Of a stretch of 64,000 nt of DNA, positions 9,692-19,071 are shown piece by piece (positions within the stretch are counted from its first letter, which is position 1; the number at the start of each line of letters is the position of its first letter). The DNA comes from Candidatus Latescibacterota bacterium. GTDB lineage: Bacteria; Latescibacterota; UBA2968. The notes beneath the pieces were generated by a model. It did no database searches and had not been told where the DNA came from. It worked only from the letters and a program-made list of their open reading frames with translations. Location: the NCBI GenBank assembly GCA_965204375.1, contig OZ241986.1:224001-288000 (forward strand), in the 5' to 3' direction. Position numbers and translations under genes: made by a program.

Positions 9692-10876
9692 TCAATTTAA
9701 TGGGTTTTCTTGTTTTCCATATAGGCGATAGAGGCCCACACCGCAGGCGAGTGCGCCGAGGCAAAATAAGACGGAGATGCCAAAGGGCCAGATAGGCCCC
9801 TTGTCGATGAGTTTTCCGCCGCCGAGGCTGCCGGAGAGCATGCCCAGGCTCCAGGCGAGGTGGGCTGCGCCAACGACGCGGCCTTTTTCGTCTTCGCGGG
9901 CGATCAATTGTATGAGGCCCGGCATGGTGGTCGATAGAGACCAGGCCGAGGCGGTTGCGAGAATGCCAAAGGCATAAATGCCAGTAAGGGTGTGCGCGGT
10001 GAGGGCGAGACCGAGGGCGCTGATGGCGACGAGCGATGCGGAGACGAGGATGGGACGCCAGCGCCCAATGCGGTCGCAAAGCCGGCCAGTGAGTACTTGA
10101 AAACAGGCTGCAATGATCAGGCTGATGGCACTGTAATTCGTGGCTGCGGTGCTGGTGCCCGCAATGCGAAAGATGAGTAGGGGTAAGAGCAAGGTGACGG
10201 CACCCCAATAGCTGGTGGGCAGGTAGCGGATGCCCAACAGGAGGCATACGTCGAGACGGCGGAGCAGTTGAATGAATTCGGAGAGATTGCGACTATTGTC
10301 GGCAGATTTTGGCGAGGGGATCGCGGGGAGGATCAGGATGCTCATCAGGACGAGCACTACCCCTGCGAGTGTGATGCAAAAACCGAGGGTTTGAAATCCA
10401 AATGTATCCGCGATGGGACCAGAGAGAAAATTTCCCGAAGCCGAGCCGAGGGTGTTGCCGAGAAAATAACCAGCCGATGCGATGCCGATGACAGAGGATG
10501 GGGCTGCGCTGATGAGATAGCTTTGTCCTCCGGCGCTGTTAAAGCCAGAGGAGATGCCAATACCGGTACACAGAGCAGTCAGGAGGAGAGGATCGCCGCT
10601 GTAAAAAATAACTCCGGCGAGAATAGGTCCCAAAGTGCCGAGGACGTAAACGGGTTTGACACCCCAGGTATCGGCAAGGCGGCCCGCAGGTACGGCAAAG
10701 ACACCGCCTAAAATGAGAAATGCTGCACGCAATCCCCCGGAAAAGAGGGGTGTGCCGAGCAAGTCTGCTTCGACATATACGGGGAGGAGGGTGTTGAGGG
10801 GTGCAGAGACAAAGCTGCTAAAAAAAGAGACGATGAGCAGGGCGATGAAACGGCGATTGAGGAGTTCGGAATACAT
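9692..10876 (-). CDS. MFS transporter
   Basis: About 12 hydrophobic segments; motif A 'GRLADTWGVK' and repeat 'GRLCDRIGRW'. Confidence 0.9.
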   Translation of the reverse strand: MYSELLNRRFIALLIVSFFSSFVSAPLNTLLPVYVEADLLGTPLFSGGLRAAFLILGGVFAVPAGRLADTWGVKPVYVLGTLGPILAGVIFYSGDPLLLTALCTGIGISSGFNSAGGQSYLISAAPSSVIGIASAGYFLGNTLGSASGNFLSGPIADTFGFQTLGFCITLAGVVLVLMSILILPAIPSPKSADNSRNLSEFIQLLRRLDVCLLLGIRYLPTSYWGAVTLLLPLLIFRIAGTSTAATNYSAISLIIAACFQVLTGRLCDRIGRWRPILVSASLVAISALGLALTAHTLTGIYAFGILATASAWSLSTTMPGLIQLIAREDEKGRVVGAAHLAWSLGMLSGSLGGGKLIDKGPIWPFGISVLFCLGALACGVGLYRLYGKQENPLN

Positions 10877-10901
10877 TTTTTAATTTTTTTTATTTTCGGC
10901 C

Positions 10902-10932
10902 TTGACTCTCCAGTTACTGGAAGGTGTATATT
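10902..10932 (+). promoter_or_regulatory. MerR-type promoter: -35 TTGACT, 19-bp spacer containing dyad TCCAGT-T-ACTGGA, -10 TATATT
   Basis: Direct reading; an elongated 19-bp spacer with an internal palindrome is the hallmark of MerR-family operators; located 45 bp upstream of a MerR gene. Confidence 0.85.
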
Positions 10933-10977
10933 GTCCTTTGAAGGCCTTCAAACACCCGTATCACATGGAGAGAATCC

Positions 10978-11781
10978 ATGCTCAAAATTGGAGAATTTTC
11001 CAGGCTTGTCGATGTGCCGGTCAAGACGTTGCGCTACTACGACGAGATCGGTTTGTTCAAATCCGATTACATCGATGAGCAAACCGGCTACCGCTTTTAC
11101 TCATTCGAGCAACTCCCGCGGCTCAATCGCCTGCTGGCTCTCAAAGATCTGGGTATGTCGCTGAGCCAGATTGATCAAATGTTGAAAGAAGACCTTTCGG
11201 CTGATCAACTTCGCGATATGTTTTTGGTGAAACAGGCCGAACTCGAAGATCTTGCCAGAGATATCCGAGAACGCATTGCCCGAGTGGAAGCTCGACTGAT
11301 TCTTATCGAAAAGGAGGATAAAATGTCAGATTATGAAGTTGTTATCAAGACAGTTGAACCGGCTCTGGTCGCTTCCAAACAGGGGACCGTTCCACACTTT
11401 GCAGCCATCGGTTCTGTGATGGACCGCCTGTACAATGGGGTTGTCGCCCATATTGTGAAACACAAAGGACAGTTTGCGGGACCGGGCATTACAGTATGGC
11501 ATGAAAATTTCAAACCCGAAGCAAACATACCGATTAAAAAAACCATACCAGAAGGTGATGATGTCAAGATCCGCGAGTTGCCGGGTGATCAAATGGCGTG
11601 TCTGGTGCATCACGGAGGCTTTGAAGGCTTTCCGCAGGCTTATCAAGCGGGCGTTCAATGGATTGAGGCCAACGGCTATGAGATCACCGGACCCAATCGG
11701 GAAGTGTATTTGCAATTCAGACCCGATGGCGATCCGAAGGATTATGTGACGGAAATACAGTTTCCTGTGGCAAAAGTATAA
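10978..11781 (+). CDS. MerR family regulator with C-terminal GyrI-like effector-binding domain (BmrR-like)
   Basis: 'MLKIGEFSRL..V.VKTLRYYDEIGLF...D..TGYRFY'; C-terminal 'HHG.F...QAY....W...NGY...GP.REVY....VTEIQFPV'. Confidence 0.92.
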   Translation: MLKIGEFSRLVDVPVKTLRYYDEIGLFKSDYIDEQTGYRFYSFEQLPRLNRLLALKDLGMSLSQIDQMLKEDLSADQLRDMFLVKQAELEDLARDIRERIARVEARLILIEKEDKMSDYEVVIKTVEPALVASKQGTVPHFAAIGSVMDRLYNGVVAHIVKHKGQFAGPGITVWHENFKPEANIPIKKTIPEGDDVKIRELPGDQMACLVHHGGFEGFPQAYQAGVQWIEANGYEITGPNREVYLQFRPDGDPKDYVTEIQFPVAKV

Positions 11782-11857
11782 GCAGGGGCAGGTTTTGAGC
11801 GACGTACAACTGCGATAGCAGTTCAACCCGCCCGTACATCAGCGTTCGGCATTAGAG

Positions 11858-11893
11858 AAATACCGGGATGATTTTGTGTCCCGGTATTTTTTT
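11858..11893. terminator. Bidirectional intrinsic terminator
   Basis: aaataccgggat...gtcccggtattttttt between convergent genes. Confidence 0.7.
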
Positions 11894-12620
11894 AATATAT
11901 GAAGTCCGATTTGTATTGTTCGATGCAGTCGTGGCGCGTGCCTTCAAAGAGGTAGATTTTGCCGCGTATAGTCGCGGTTTCTCCGGGCGCGAGGGCACCT
12001 GCGCGAATGGACTGGTGCATACAGCGCCAGGGGTTGTGACCCTGAACGGATATAAAGTCTGCCCAGGCTATGCCCGCAATCCATGTGCGCTCTGTGGATT
12101 CGCGCATCAGAATGCCGCCCGTGGCATTGGTGGGTGATGTGGGCCATTTGTCAGACCAGACGGTTTCAGTGTCTATTGCGCTGCGATAGGTGTGGTTGTA
12201 GTGAATGTCGCGGTGGATGAGGGGGACCAGGCCTTCTTCGGCGAGGAACCATGTCCGCTCGTGGTCGTCGTCAAAAAATGCCCGGGTTTCGGAAACTTCG
12301 GGCTGTTTGCCGGGGTTAAAGCAGGGGATGATTGCGGCAATTTCGGGCCAGGTACGGTCGGTTTTGTTGGTGATAGAGAGTTGCAGGTCAGCCCCATTTT
12401 CACGTCCTGCGACGTTGAGACGCAGACCGAGGTCGGGGTGTTCGAGAATACCCTCATTGTCATTTAGTGTTTTTTGCGGTACATGCGCACCACCCGTGTG
12501 CTGGCCCGGGTGTACGGCTTCAAACATGTTCCACTCGTAGAACCAGAGGTACATGGTTAAGTCATCTCGCCCATCGGGCGTGAATGAAAATCCGCGTCGC
12601 CATTTATTTAATGTGATCAT
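11892..12620 (-). CDS. Hypothetical protein (beta-rich, Trp/His-rich)
   Basis: 242-aa ORF with protein-like composition; no family recognised. Confidence 0.65.
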   Translation of the reverse strand: MITLNKWRRGFSFTPDGRDDLTMYLWFYEWNMFEAVHPGQHTGGAHVPQKTLNDNEGILEHPDLGLRLNVAGRENGADLQLSITNKTDRTWPEIAAIIPCFNPGKQPEVSETRAFFDDDHERTWFLAEEGLVPLIHRDIHYNHTYRSAIDTETVWSDKWPTSPTNATGGILMRESTERTWIAGIAWADFISVQGHNPWRCMHQSIRAGALAPGETATIRGKIYLFEGTRHDCIEQYKSDFIY

Positions 12621-12698
12621 TTTTTAGCTTTCAGCGGTCATTCCCAGCCCAATTCCTCCATCCTACAGGTTTTTATCACTCTCCAGTGCAGGCTCTGC

Positions 12699-13502
12699 TT
12701 ATCCTTCAATCCTGCTTATCCTGATTGATCCTGATTTAGATATTTTTGCCATGCCATTGGGCATGAAAATTTCGTGGCGCTCGGGGTCGGAGTAGCCTTC
12801 GATTTCCATGTGGGTGACGCCGGGGCTTTCGATAGCGGCTTTAACAATGTGTTTGTTAAATGTGCTGACAATTTCACTGGAGAGATACTCTGAGACGGGC
12901 AACCAGAGGCATTCTTCGATTTCTTCAGCCTGTATGGAAATATTTTCGCTCAAGGGAGAGAGGCGGCAGACAAAGTAGATGTCCGATTTGTCGTAGCGGT
13001 AGCCGTGCCAGTGCCGGAAGCAGACCAGTTTTTCAAATTTTGTACGCACGCCGGTTTCTTCGAAGACTTCGCGCTGGACGCAGTCGGCAATGTGTTCGCC
13101 CGGGTGCAGAGCACCTCCGGGTAGTTTGTAGTAGGGCGATTCAGAGCGGCGGTGCAATTCGCTGACGACCAGGAGTTCTGCGCGCTCGTTGATGACGACT
13201 CCACCAGCGCCGATGTAATGCGTGGCGTATTCGGGTATGAGAGCGTTGGGTTCGAGGCGTTTGGTGAGTAAAAGATAGTCTGTTCCCGAGTGGTGAAATG
13301 TGAATCCCGATTGTGTTGCCACTGGAATGAGCGCGGCCCGTTCAATGGGGATGTTGATCCAGACGACCTTAAATGCCTCGCGTTTCCACTCCTGGAGGGA
13401 TGCTGAAAGGCGCGTGCGAAATTCCTCGGGGTCAGGCGGCAGTGCTGTTGGATCCAGTTCAATGCCCTGAAAGCGGTTTGGCGTGGCTTCGAGTATTTGC
13501 AT
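12699..13502 (-). CDS. Nudix hydrolase, NUDT6-like with N-terminal extension
   Basis: Nudix box 'LPGGALHPGEHIADCVQREVFEETGV'; 'GFTFHH', 'IPEYATHYIGAGG', 'FRHWH....KSDIYFVC' typical of NUDT6-like proteins. Confidence 0.88.
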   Translation of the reverse strand: MQILEATPNRFQGIELDPTALPPDPEEFRTRLSASLQEWKREAFKVVWINIPIERAALIPVATQSGFTFHHSGTDYLLLTKRLEPNALIPEYATHYIGAGGVVINERAELLVVSELHRRSESPYYKLPGGALHPGEHIADCVQREVFEETGVRTKFEKLVCFRHWHGYRYDKSDIYFVCRLSPLSENISIQAEEIEECLWLPVSEYLSSEIVSTFNKHIVKAAIESPGVTHMEIEGYSDPERHEIFMPNGMAKISKSGSIRISRIEG

Positions 13503-13695
13503 GGATTACCTCGTTCATAGGATGGTTGTGACCGGCACATGGTAAGGAACATCACAAAATCGGGCAAGGGATTTGCGGTGGGCAGTTCTACTTGACAGCG
13601 GTCATGAGGACAATCATATTGAATAAAGAAAAAAAATGATGTACGAGGTTGAAACAGTTGATGGGTTGGAGGCGTTAAATTGAGGGAGGGGTAAC

Positions 13696-14892
13696 ATGGT
13701 GTCTATTTTTGATCAGTTGGGTGTACGCACGATTATCAATGCTGCCGGGCCAGTTACGCGTTTGAGCGGGGCGCGCATGGATGAGGATGTGATCGATGCT
13801 ATGCGCGAGGCTTCGCAGGTGTGCGTAGATATCGCAGAGCTACAGGCAGGGGCAGGGCAGTTGATTGCCGAAGTGACAGGTGCCGAAGCCGGATATGTGA
13901 CATCGGGTGCTGCAGCAGGTCTGGTGCTCGCAACGGCGGCATGTGTTACGGGTATGGATCCGGGAAAGATGAACCGATTGCCCGATGCTTCGGGGATGAA
14001 AAATGAGGTGATTATGCCCCGGTCACATCGCAATTTTTACGATCACGCGGTGCGTTCGGTGGGTGTGACGCTCATTGAGGTGGGTATTCCAGATCGGTTT
14101 AGCGGCGCGGGGGTGCGCGATACAGAAGCTTGGGAAATTGCCGATGCGATAACCGATCAGACCGCGGCGATTGTTTACGTGGCGCAGTCTTTCGCGCAGC
14201 CTCCTTTGCCACAGGTGACGGCTGTGGCGCACAAATGCGGTGTGCCCGTCATTGTCGATGCTGCAGGACAGTTGCCGCCAGCGGCAAATTTGAAGCGGTT
14301 TATCAGCGAGGGTGCCGATGCTGTTTGTTTTAGCGGCGGAAAAACTATTGGCGGGCCTCAAGGGGCGGGCATTTTGTGCGGTCGCCGCGATCTGATTTCC
14401 TCGGCGGCATTGCAGCATCTGGATCTGGATGTGCATTATGACCTTTGGAACCCACCTCCTGAATTGATCGATAAATCCGCACTGCCAGGTGCGCCACAGC
14501 ACGGGATTGGGCGACCGTGCAAGGTGGGGAAAGAGCAGATTGCCGGGCTGATGGTTGCGTTGCAAAAGTTTGTCGCAGAAAGCGACGAGGCGCGGCAGGC
14601 TCGCTGGTCGCAGTGCCTTCAAAATTTGGCAGGCGAGATAAGTGATTTGCCGGGGTGCGATATTAGCATGGATGCCTACCGCACAATACCCATTTTGCGG
14701 CTCGTGCTTTCTCCGGCGGAAAGAGGTGTGGAAGTGGCGCGGCAGTTAATGGAAGGTGATCCGAGTATTCATGTTGGGACATCAGGCGTTTACGATGGCG
14801 TGTTGGTTTTTAATCCCATGTGTTTGTCAGGAGATATGATCAAACCGATTGCCGATCGGTTAAAAGAGTTAATTACGAGTTGCGATTCGTGA
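13696..14892 (+). CDS. SelA-like PLP-dependent enzyme (DgaE/SelA-related)
   Basis: 'IINAAGPVTRLSG', 'VTSGAAAGL', 'VDAAGQ', 'FSGGK' (PLP Lys), 'GRPCKVGKE'. Confidence 0.85.
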   Translation: MVSIFDQLGVRTIINAAGPVTRLSGARMDEDVIDAMREASQVCVDIAELQAGAGQLIAEVTGAEAGYVTSGAAAGLVLATAACVTGMDPGKMNRLPDASGMKNEVIMPRSHRNFYDHAVRSVGVTLIEVGIPDRFSGAGVRDTEAWEIADAITDQTAAIVYVAQSFAQPPLPQVTAVAHKCGVPVIVDAAGQLPPAANLKRFISEGADAVCFSGGKTIGGPQGAGILCGRRDLISSAALQHLDLDVHYDLWNPPPELIDKSALPGAPQHGIGRPCKVGKEQIAGLMVALQKFVAESDEARQARWSQCLQNLAGEISDLPGCDISMDAYRTIPILRLVLSPAERGVEVARQLMEGDPSIHVGTSGVYDGVLVFNPMCLSGDMIKPIADRLKELITSCDS

Positions 14893-14960
14893 GATTCCCA
14901 ACCATTGTACGCAGGCTTTGCCTGAACACTAATTCCCCCATTTTACAAAGGAGGCGTGCC

Positions 14961-15647
14961 ATGGGTGTTATCACTATTTCAAGGGAATACGGCAGTGATG
15001 GCCGTACTGTTGCCCGGAAGGTTGCCGAGACACTGTCTTATCACAATATAGACAAAGATTTGCTCGTTGAGGTGGCGCAAAAAGCCAAAGTGCCCGTATC
15101 AGAAGTCGAACGCTATGACGAACTACCCGAACATCCCGCACTGAGAATTTTGCGAAAATTTCTCACGCCCGGATATGCAGATACCCTGACGGGGTTGTCG
15201 GAATACGAGTGGTGGGCAGCGGCGACTGTGCCCGAGTTGTCGGACCACAGAGATCAGGCACTGATAACCATGGATGAAGAGGTGTATGCGAAGTTGACCG
15301 CGGAGGTGGAGATGCAGATGGCCGATCAGGGCGATGTGGTTATATTGGGCAGAGGCGGGCAGGCTGTGTTAAAAGACCGCGAAGATACGTTGCATGTGCG
15401 CGTGGTGGCGACGCAAAATTTTAAACTGGATGTGGTGAAAGACCGCGATCAACTGACTAACGACGAGGATGCAATAAGGCGAATGAGAGGGGTGGATGAA
15501 CGCCGCAGGACGTACATCAAACGCCATTATAAGGTGAATTGGGATAATCCACATCTATACTCTGTCATAGTGAATACCGGCTTTCTCGGCGTTGATGGAG
15601 CCGTAGATGCGATTGTTTGTGCTGCACAGAAGGTGATCCGCAGATGA
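14961..15647 (+). CDS. Cytidylate kinase-like family protein
   Basis: RBS AAGGAGG, ATG 14961; 'VITISREYGSDGR.VA', 'VILGRGG', 'D..R..Y....Y...W.NP.LY'. Confidence 0.85.
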   Translation: MGVITISREYGSDGRTVARKVAETLSYHNIDKDLLVEVAQKAKVPVSEVERYDELPEHPALRILRKFLTPGYADTLTGLSEYEWWAAATVPELSDHRDQALITMDEEVYAKLTAEVEMQMADQGDVVILGRGGQAVLKDREDTLHVRVVATQNFKLDVVKDRDQLTNDEDAIRRMRGVDERRRTYIKRHYKVNWDNPHLYSVIVNTGFLGVDGAVDAIVCAAQKVIRR

Positions 15648-15665
15648 ACGCAGATGAACACAGAT
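15634..15665 (+). repeat. Dispersed 10-bp-period repeat TGATCCGCAGATGAACGCAGATGAACACAGAT (related copies at 4865-4922 and 20739-20772)
   Basis: The same TGATCCGCAG start and CGCAGATGAA units are seen at three gene 3' ends. Confidence 0.75.
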
Positions 15666-15666
15666 T

Positions 15667-15700
15667 GTAGGGACGAGGCATGCCTCGCCCCTCTTTTTTT
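15667..15700 (+). repeat. GTAG-type REP-like palindrome / terminator
   Basis: gtagggacgaggcatgcctcgcccct followed by a T tract; a related degenerate element is at 11782-11837. Confidence 0.55.
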
Positions 15701-17111
15701 AAAGTCCCATCTCGATATACGCCCGTGCGATTTTTTCTATGGCGATGACAAATGCAGCGGTGCGTAAATCCGGCACGTTGTCGCGCGAATTGCGGATTTC
15801 ACTCATGGTTTGATAGGCGAGGCTCATGGTGTCTTCGAGGCCAGAGCGCACGAGATCCAGTTCATCCGAGCCGTAAGAGAGTCTTGCTTTGAGATGGTCT
15901 GGAACGGGTTTGCCAACCATTTCTTCCAGGGCGGTGATGATTTGCGCGCCGCGATGTGCTTCGTGGCGTCTGTCGAGGCGTCCAAAGCGGATGTGCGAGA
16001 GGTTCTTGATCCATTCAAAATAAGAAACTGTGACGCCGCCCGCATTGAGGTAGGCGTCGGGGATGATGGTTTTTCCCGCTTTGCACAATACGTTGTCTGC
16101 CATGTAAGTGACGGGTCCATTGGCCGCTTCTGCAATTACGGGTGCTTTGATGCGTCTGGCATTTTCAAGTGTGATCTGACCTTCAATGGCGGCTGGTATG
16201 AGTACATCGCATTCTGCTTCGAGCAGGCTTTTGCCATTTGCAATATAGGTAGCTCCCGGAAAGTGTTTTAATGAACCGTGTTCCGCGCGGTAAGCAGCGA
16301 CTTCTTCAATTGAAAATCCCTTATCTGATAGGATTGCTCCTTCGCGTTCAATAATGCCGATGATGCGCGCGCCACCTTCTTCTTCGAGGAATTTGGTCGC
16401 GTGAAAGCCCACATTGCCCAATCCCTGCACGATAATGCGTTTGCCTTCCAAATTGCCTTCCATTCCCGCGTTTTTGACGTCTTCCGAGTTATTAAAAAAT
16501 TCTTTGATGCCGTAAAATACACCCCGTCCGGTTGCTTCGACGCGTCCCTGAATACCCCCCTGGGAAAAGGGTTTGCCCGTTGTACAGGCAATGGCATTGA
16601 TGTCTTCCGGGTGCAGGCTGCGATACGTGTCTGCGATCCAGGCCATTTCTCGTTCTCCAGTTCCCATGTCGGGTGCTGGGACGTTGAGGGCTGGATTGAT
16701 ATATCCCTTTTTGATCAATTCCTGTGCAAAACGTCGGGTAATGAGCTCGAGTTCATGTTCGTTGTATTCGCGGGGATCAATGCATAGCCCACCTTTGGCA
16801 CCGCCAAAGGGCACATCGACGATCGCGCATTTGTACGTCATGAGTGCGGCGAGTGCTTCTACGTCATCCTGGCTGACTGTGGGGGCGTAGCGGATGCCTC
16901 CTTTGACGGGCAAGCGATGCTCGCTGTGTACAGAGCGCCATCCCGTGAAGATGCGATAGCTGTCGCGGAGTTTTACAAAAAAGCGCACCAGGTAAATGTT
17001 GTTGTTGATTTTGATCTGGTCGGCCAGTCCCGGAGGCAAATCGAGCGTTGCTACTGCGCGGTCAAACATGAGGTCAACGCTTTCTTTGAAGCTGGGTTCA
17101 TGTGAGGACAT
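15699..17111 (-). CDS. gdhA: Glutamate dehydrogenase (Glu/Leu/Phe/Val dehydrogenase family)
   Basis: 'KGGIRY', 'MTYKCA..DVPFGGAKGG', 'VPAPDMGT', 'GRVEATGRG', 'QGLGNVG', 'NAGGVTVSYFEW'. Confidence 0.93.
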   Translation of the reverse strand: MSSHEPSFKESVDLMFDRAVATLDLPPGLADQIKINNNIYLVRFFVKLRDSYRIFTGWRSVHSEHRLPVKGGIRYAPTVSQDDVEALAALMTYKCAIVDVPFGGAKGGLCIDPREYNEHELELITRRFAQELIKKGYINPALNVPAPDMGTGEREMAWIADTYRSLHPEDINAIACTTGKPFSQGGIQGRVEATGRGVFYGIKEFFNNSEDVKNAGMEGNLEGKRIIVQGLGNVGFHATKFLEEEGGARIIGIIEREGAILSDKGFSIEEVAAYRAEHGSLKHFPGATYIANGKSLLEAECDVLIPAAIEGQITLENARRIKAPVIAEAANGPVTYMADNVLCKAGKTIIPDAYLNAGGVTVSYFEWIKNLSHIRFGRLDRRHEAHRGAQIITALEEMVGKPVPDHLKARLSYGSDELDLVRSGLEDTMSLAYQTMSEIRNSRDNVPDLRTAAFVIAIEKIARAYIEMGL

Positions 17112-17143
17112 AAGTGTTTCTCCGGAAATGGTGTGAAGTGCTC

Positions 17144-18052
17144 TTACCCCGTTTTTAACAGATGACGCAAGGCTGGCTCAAGGTGGGGATGGGCAAAGGA
17201 GAAGTTGGTGTTTTCGAGGCGCGAGGAGATAACGCGGGTGCTTGCGAGCAGGAGGGCATCGGCCATTTCGCCCAGTGCGAGTTTGGCGGCAAATGCGGGT
17301 AGCGGAAAAATTGTCGGGCGAGATAAGACGCGTCCGAGGGTTTTGGTAAATTCGCGATTGGTGACAGGTGTTGGAGATACGGCGTTGATTGCACCACTGA
17401 TGGATTCGCGGTCTATCGCAAAGAGGAATAGAGAGATCAGGTCGTCAAGGGTGATCCAGCTCATGTACTGATTGCCCGACCCGATGATGCCGCCCAATCC
17501 CAATTTGAAGGGCAAGAGCATTTTGCCGAGTGCCCCGCCTGCGGGGGATAGGACAAGGCCGATGCGTGGGTGAACGGTTCGTATGCCAGCTTCTGTGGCG
17601 GGTTTGGCGGCGTTTTCCCAGGCGATTGATACGTCGGGGAGAAAGCCTGCTCCGGGCTGGCTGTCTTCGGTGAGGATTTCGTTGTGGCGGTTGCCGTAGT
17701 AACCGATGGCAGAAGCGGAGATGAAGACTTTTGGCGGCGGAGATATAGATGCGAGTGTTTGGGCGAGCAATGTGGTGCCCTTTACGCGGCTGTCGCGGAT
17801 GCGTGCCTTTTGCGCTGCTGTCCATCGTCGGGAGGCGATGTTTTCTCCAGCGAGGTGTATGACGCCATCTATGTTGGTGAGGCGCGAGGGATCGAGGGTA
17901 TCAGAAGATGGATCCCAGGTGATTTCATCGTTGTTGCGAGCAGTGCGTCGGGTGAGAGACAAGACGCGGTCACCTCGCGCGCTCAGTGCGGTTTTGAGTG
18001 CTGAGCCAATGAGGCCAGAAGCACCGGATATCAGGATTTTCATGACGGTCAA
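17144..18052 (-). CDS. TIGR01777/YfcH family NAD-dependent epimerase
   Basis: 'ISGASGLIG', 'HLAGENIA..RWT', 'SASAIGYYG', 'GSGNQYMSWI'. Confidence 0.9.
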   Translation of the reverse strand: MTVMKILISGASGLIGSALKTALSARGDRVLSLTRRTARNNDEITWDPSSDTLDPSRLTNIDGVIHLAGENIASRRWTAAQKARIRDSRVKGTTLLAQTLASISPPPKVFISASAIGYYGNRHNEILTEDSQPGAGFLPDVSIAWENAAKPATEAGIRTVHPRIGLVLSPAGGALGKMLLPFKLGLGGIIGSGNQYMSWITLDDLISLFLFAIDRESISGAINAVSPTPVTNREFTKTLGRVLSRPTIFPLPAFAAKLALGEMADALLLASTRVISSRLENTNFSFAHPHLEPALRHLLKTG

Positions 18053-18064
18053 CTTTCGGGATGA

Positions 18065-18478
18065 CTACTGTTTATAGAGCATCAGATAGATGATGACACC
18101 GGTAATTGAGACAAATATCCAACTGGGCCAGACCCATTGAGCAAGCCTGCGGTGGCGATCAAATTCGCCTTTGTAGGCTCGCCAGACAAGCGCGATGATG
18201 AAGGGCACATTGACGGCGGCGAGGATGATGTGCGGGATGAGTATGGCAAAGTAGATCGGGCGCGTCCAATCGCGGTGTGGATAGGGCACAGAGCCGACCT
18301 GGCTATGATAGATGAGGTATGAGGTCAAAAAGAGAGCCGATAAGATCAACGCTGTGACCATGCATTTTTGGTGCGTTTTGATGTCGCCGCGTTTGATATA
18401 GATGAATCCCAACAGAAGAAATATGGTGCAAAGTCCGTTGAGAAAGGCGTTTGTCGCGGGCAAGTCTGTGATGGACAT
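18065..18478 (-). CDS. DUF420 family membrane protein
   Basis: 'LPATNAFLNG', 'H...M..A...S.LFL.SYL.YH', 'H.R.A...WP.W..VS.TGV..Y'. Confidence 0.88.
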   Translation of the reverse strand: MSITDLPATNAFLNGLCTIFLLLGFIYIKRGDIKTHQKCMVTALILSALFLTSYLIYHSQVGSVPYPHRDWTRPIYFAILIPHIILAAVNVPFIIALVWRAYKGEFDRHRRLAQWVWPSWIFVSITGVIIYLMLYKQ

Positions 18479-18704
18479 ATTTTGGTCTCAGGTTTCGGCG
18501 TATGACTTTAAAAACGGCGTCCGTCAAGTCAGTCATCATATCGACCAATGTGTATTCATTGCTTTGACTTACTCCCAAAGCTAAAGCATTGGGATGGAAT
18601 TTTCAAGTGTTGTATGGGCTATATGAGCTATCAATTGACTTTATGTTTTTTTTTCTTATCTTTTTCGTTCCATTTTTTGAAGGATTAGATCACTAACGCG
18701 AGGT

Positions 18705-18905
18705 ATGAAAATGGCAGAGGCGGGAAGCGCGTGGTTGACGCCTAAGGAGATCGCGGATCGGTTGAGTAGTCGAAAAGCGAGAGAAGTGCAGGAAGATTTG
18801 CTCTATGGGCGCCGAACACGGCGTGAGATATTGGACCTGGTGATGGAAGCTGTGGGTTGCAATGAATATTCGGCAGAAGATTTTTTGCGTGAAATTGTAA
18901 AATAA
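18705..18905 (+). CDS. Small hypothetical protein (66 aa)
   Basis: RBS GAGGT before the ATGs; fills the intergenic gap; helical, charged composition. Confidence 0.6.
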   Translation: MKMAEAGSAWLTPKEIADRLSSRKAREVQEDLLYGRRTRREILDLVMEAVGCNEYSAEDFLREIVK

Positions 18906-19071
18906 AAAAAGCAACCAGCGATTAGCTGTCAGCGATCAGCCCGCCCCATCCCCTCCGAAGTCAAAATCGCCGCTTGTTTTGCTGGTTGCTGAAAGCAGAC
19001 CGCTATTTATGTTTGCCGCGTATGGGATTTTCAATACGCGGCTCAATATTTTTTGACCTGTAGGGTACGCC

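Noticed and set aside
13696-14892. True selenocysteine synthase selA
   Set aside because: It is shorter than SelA with DgaE-like motifs; no selB, selC or selD nearby.
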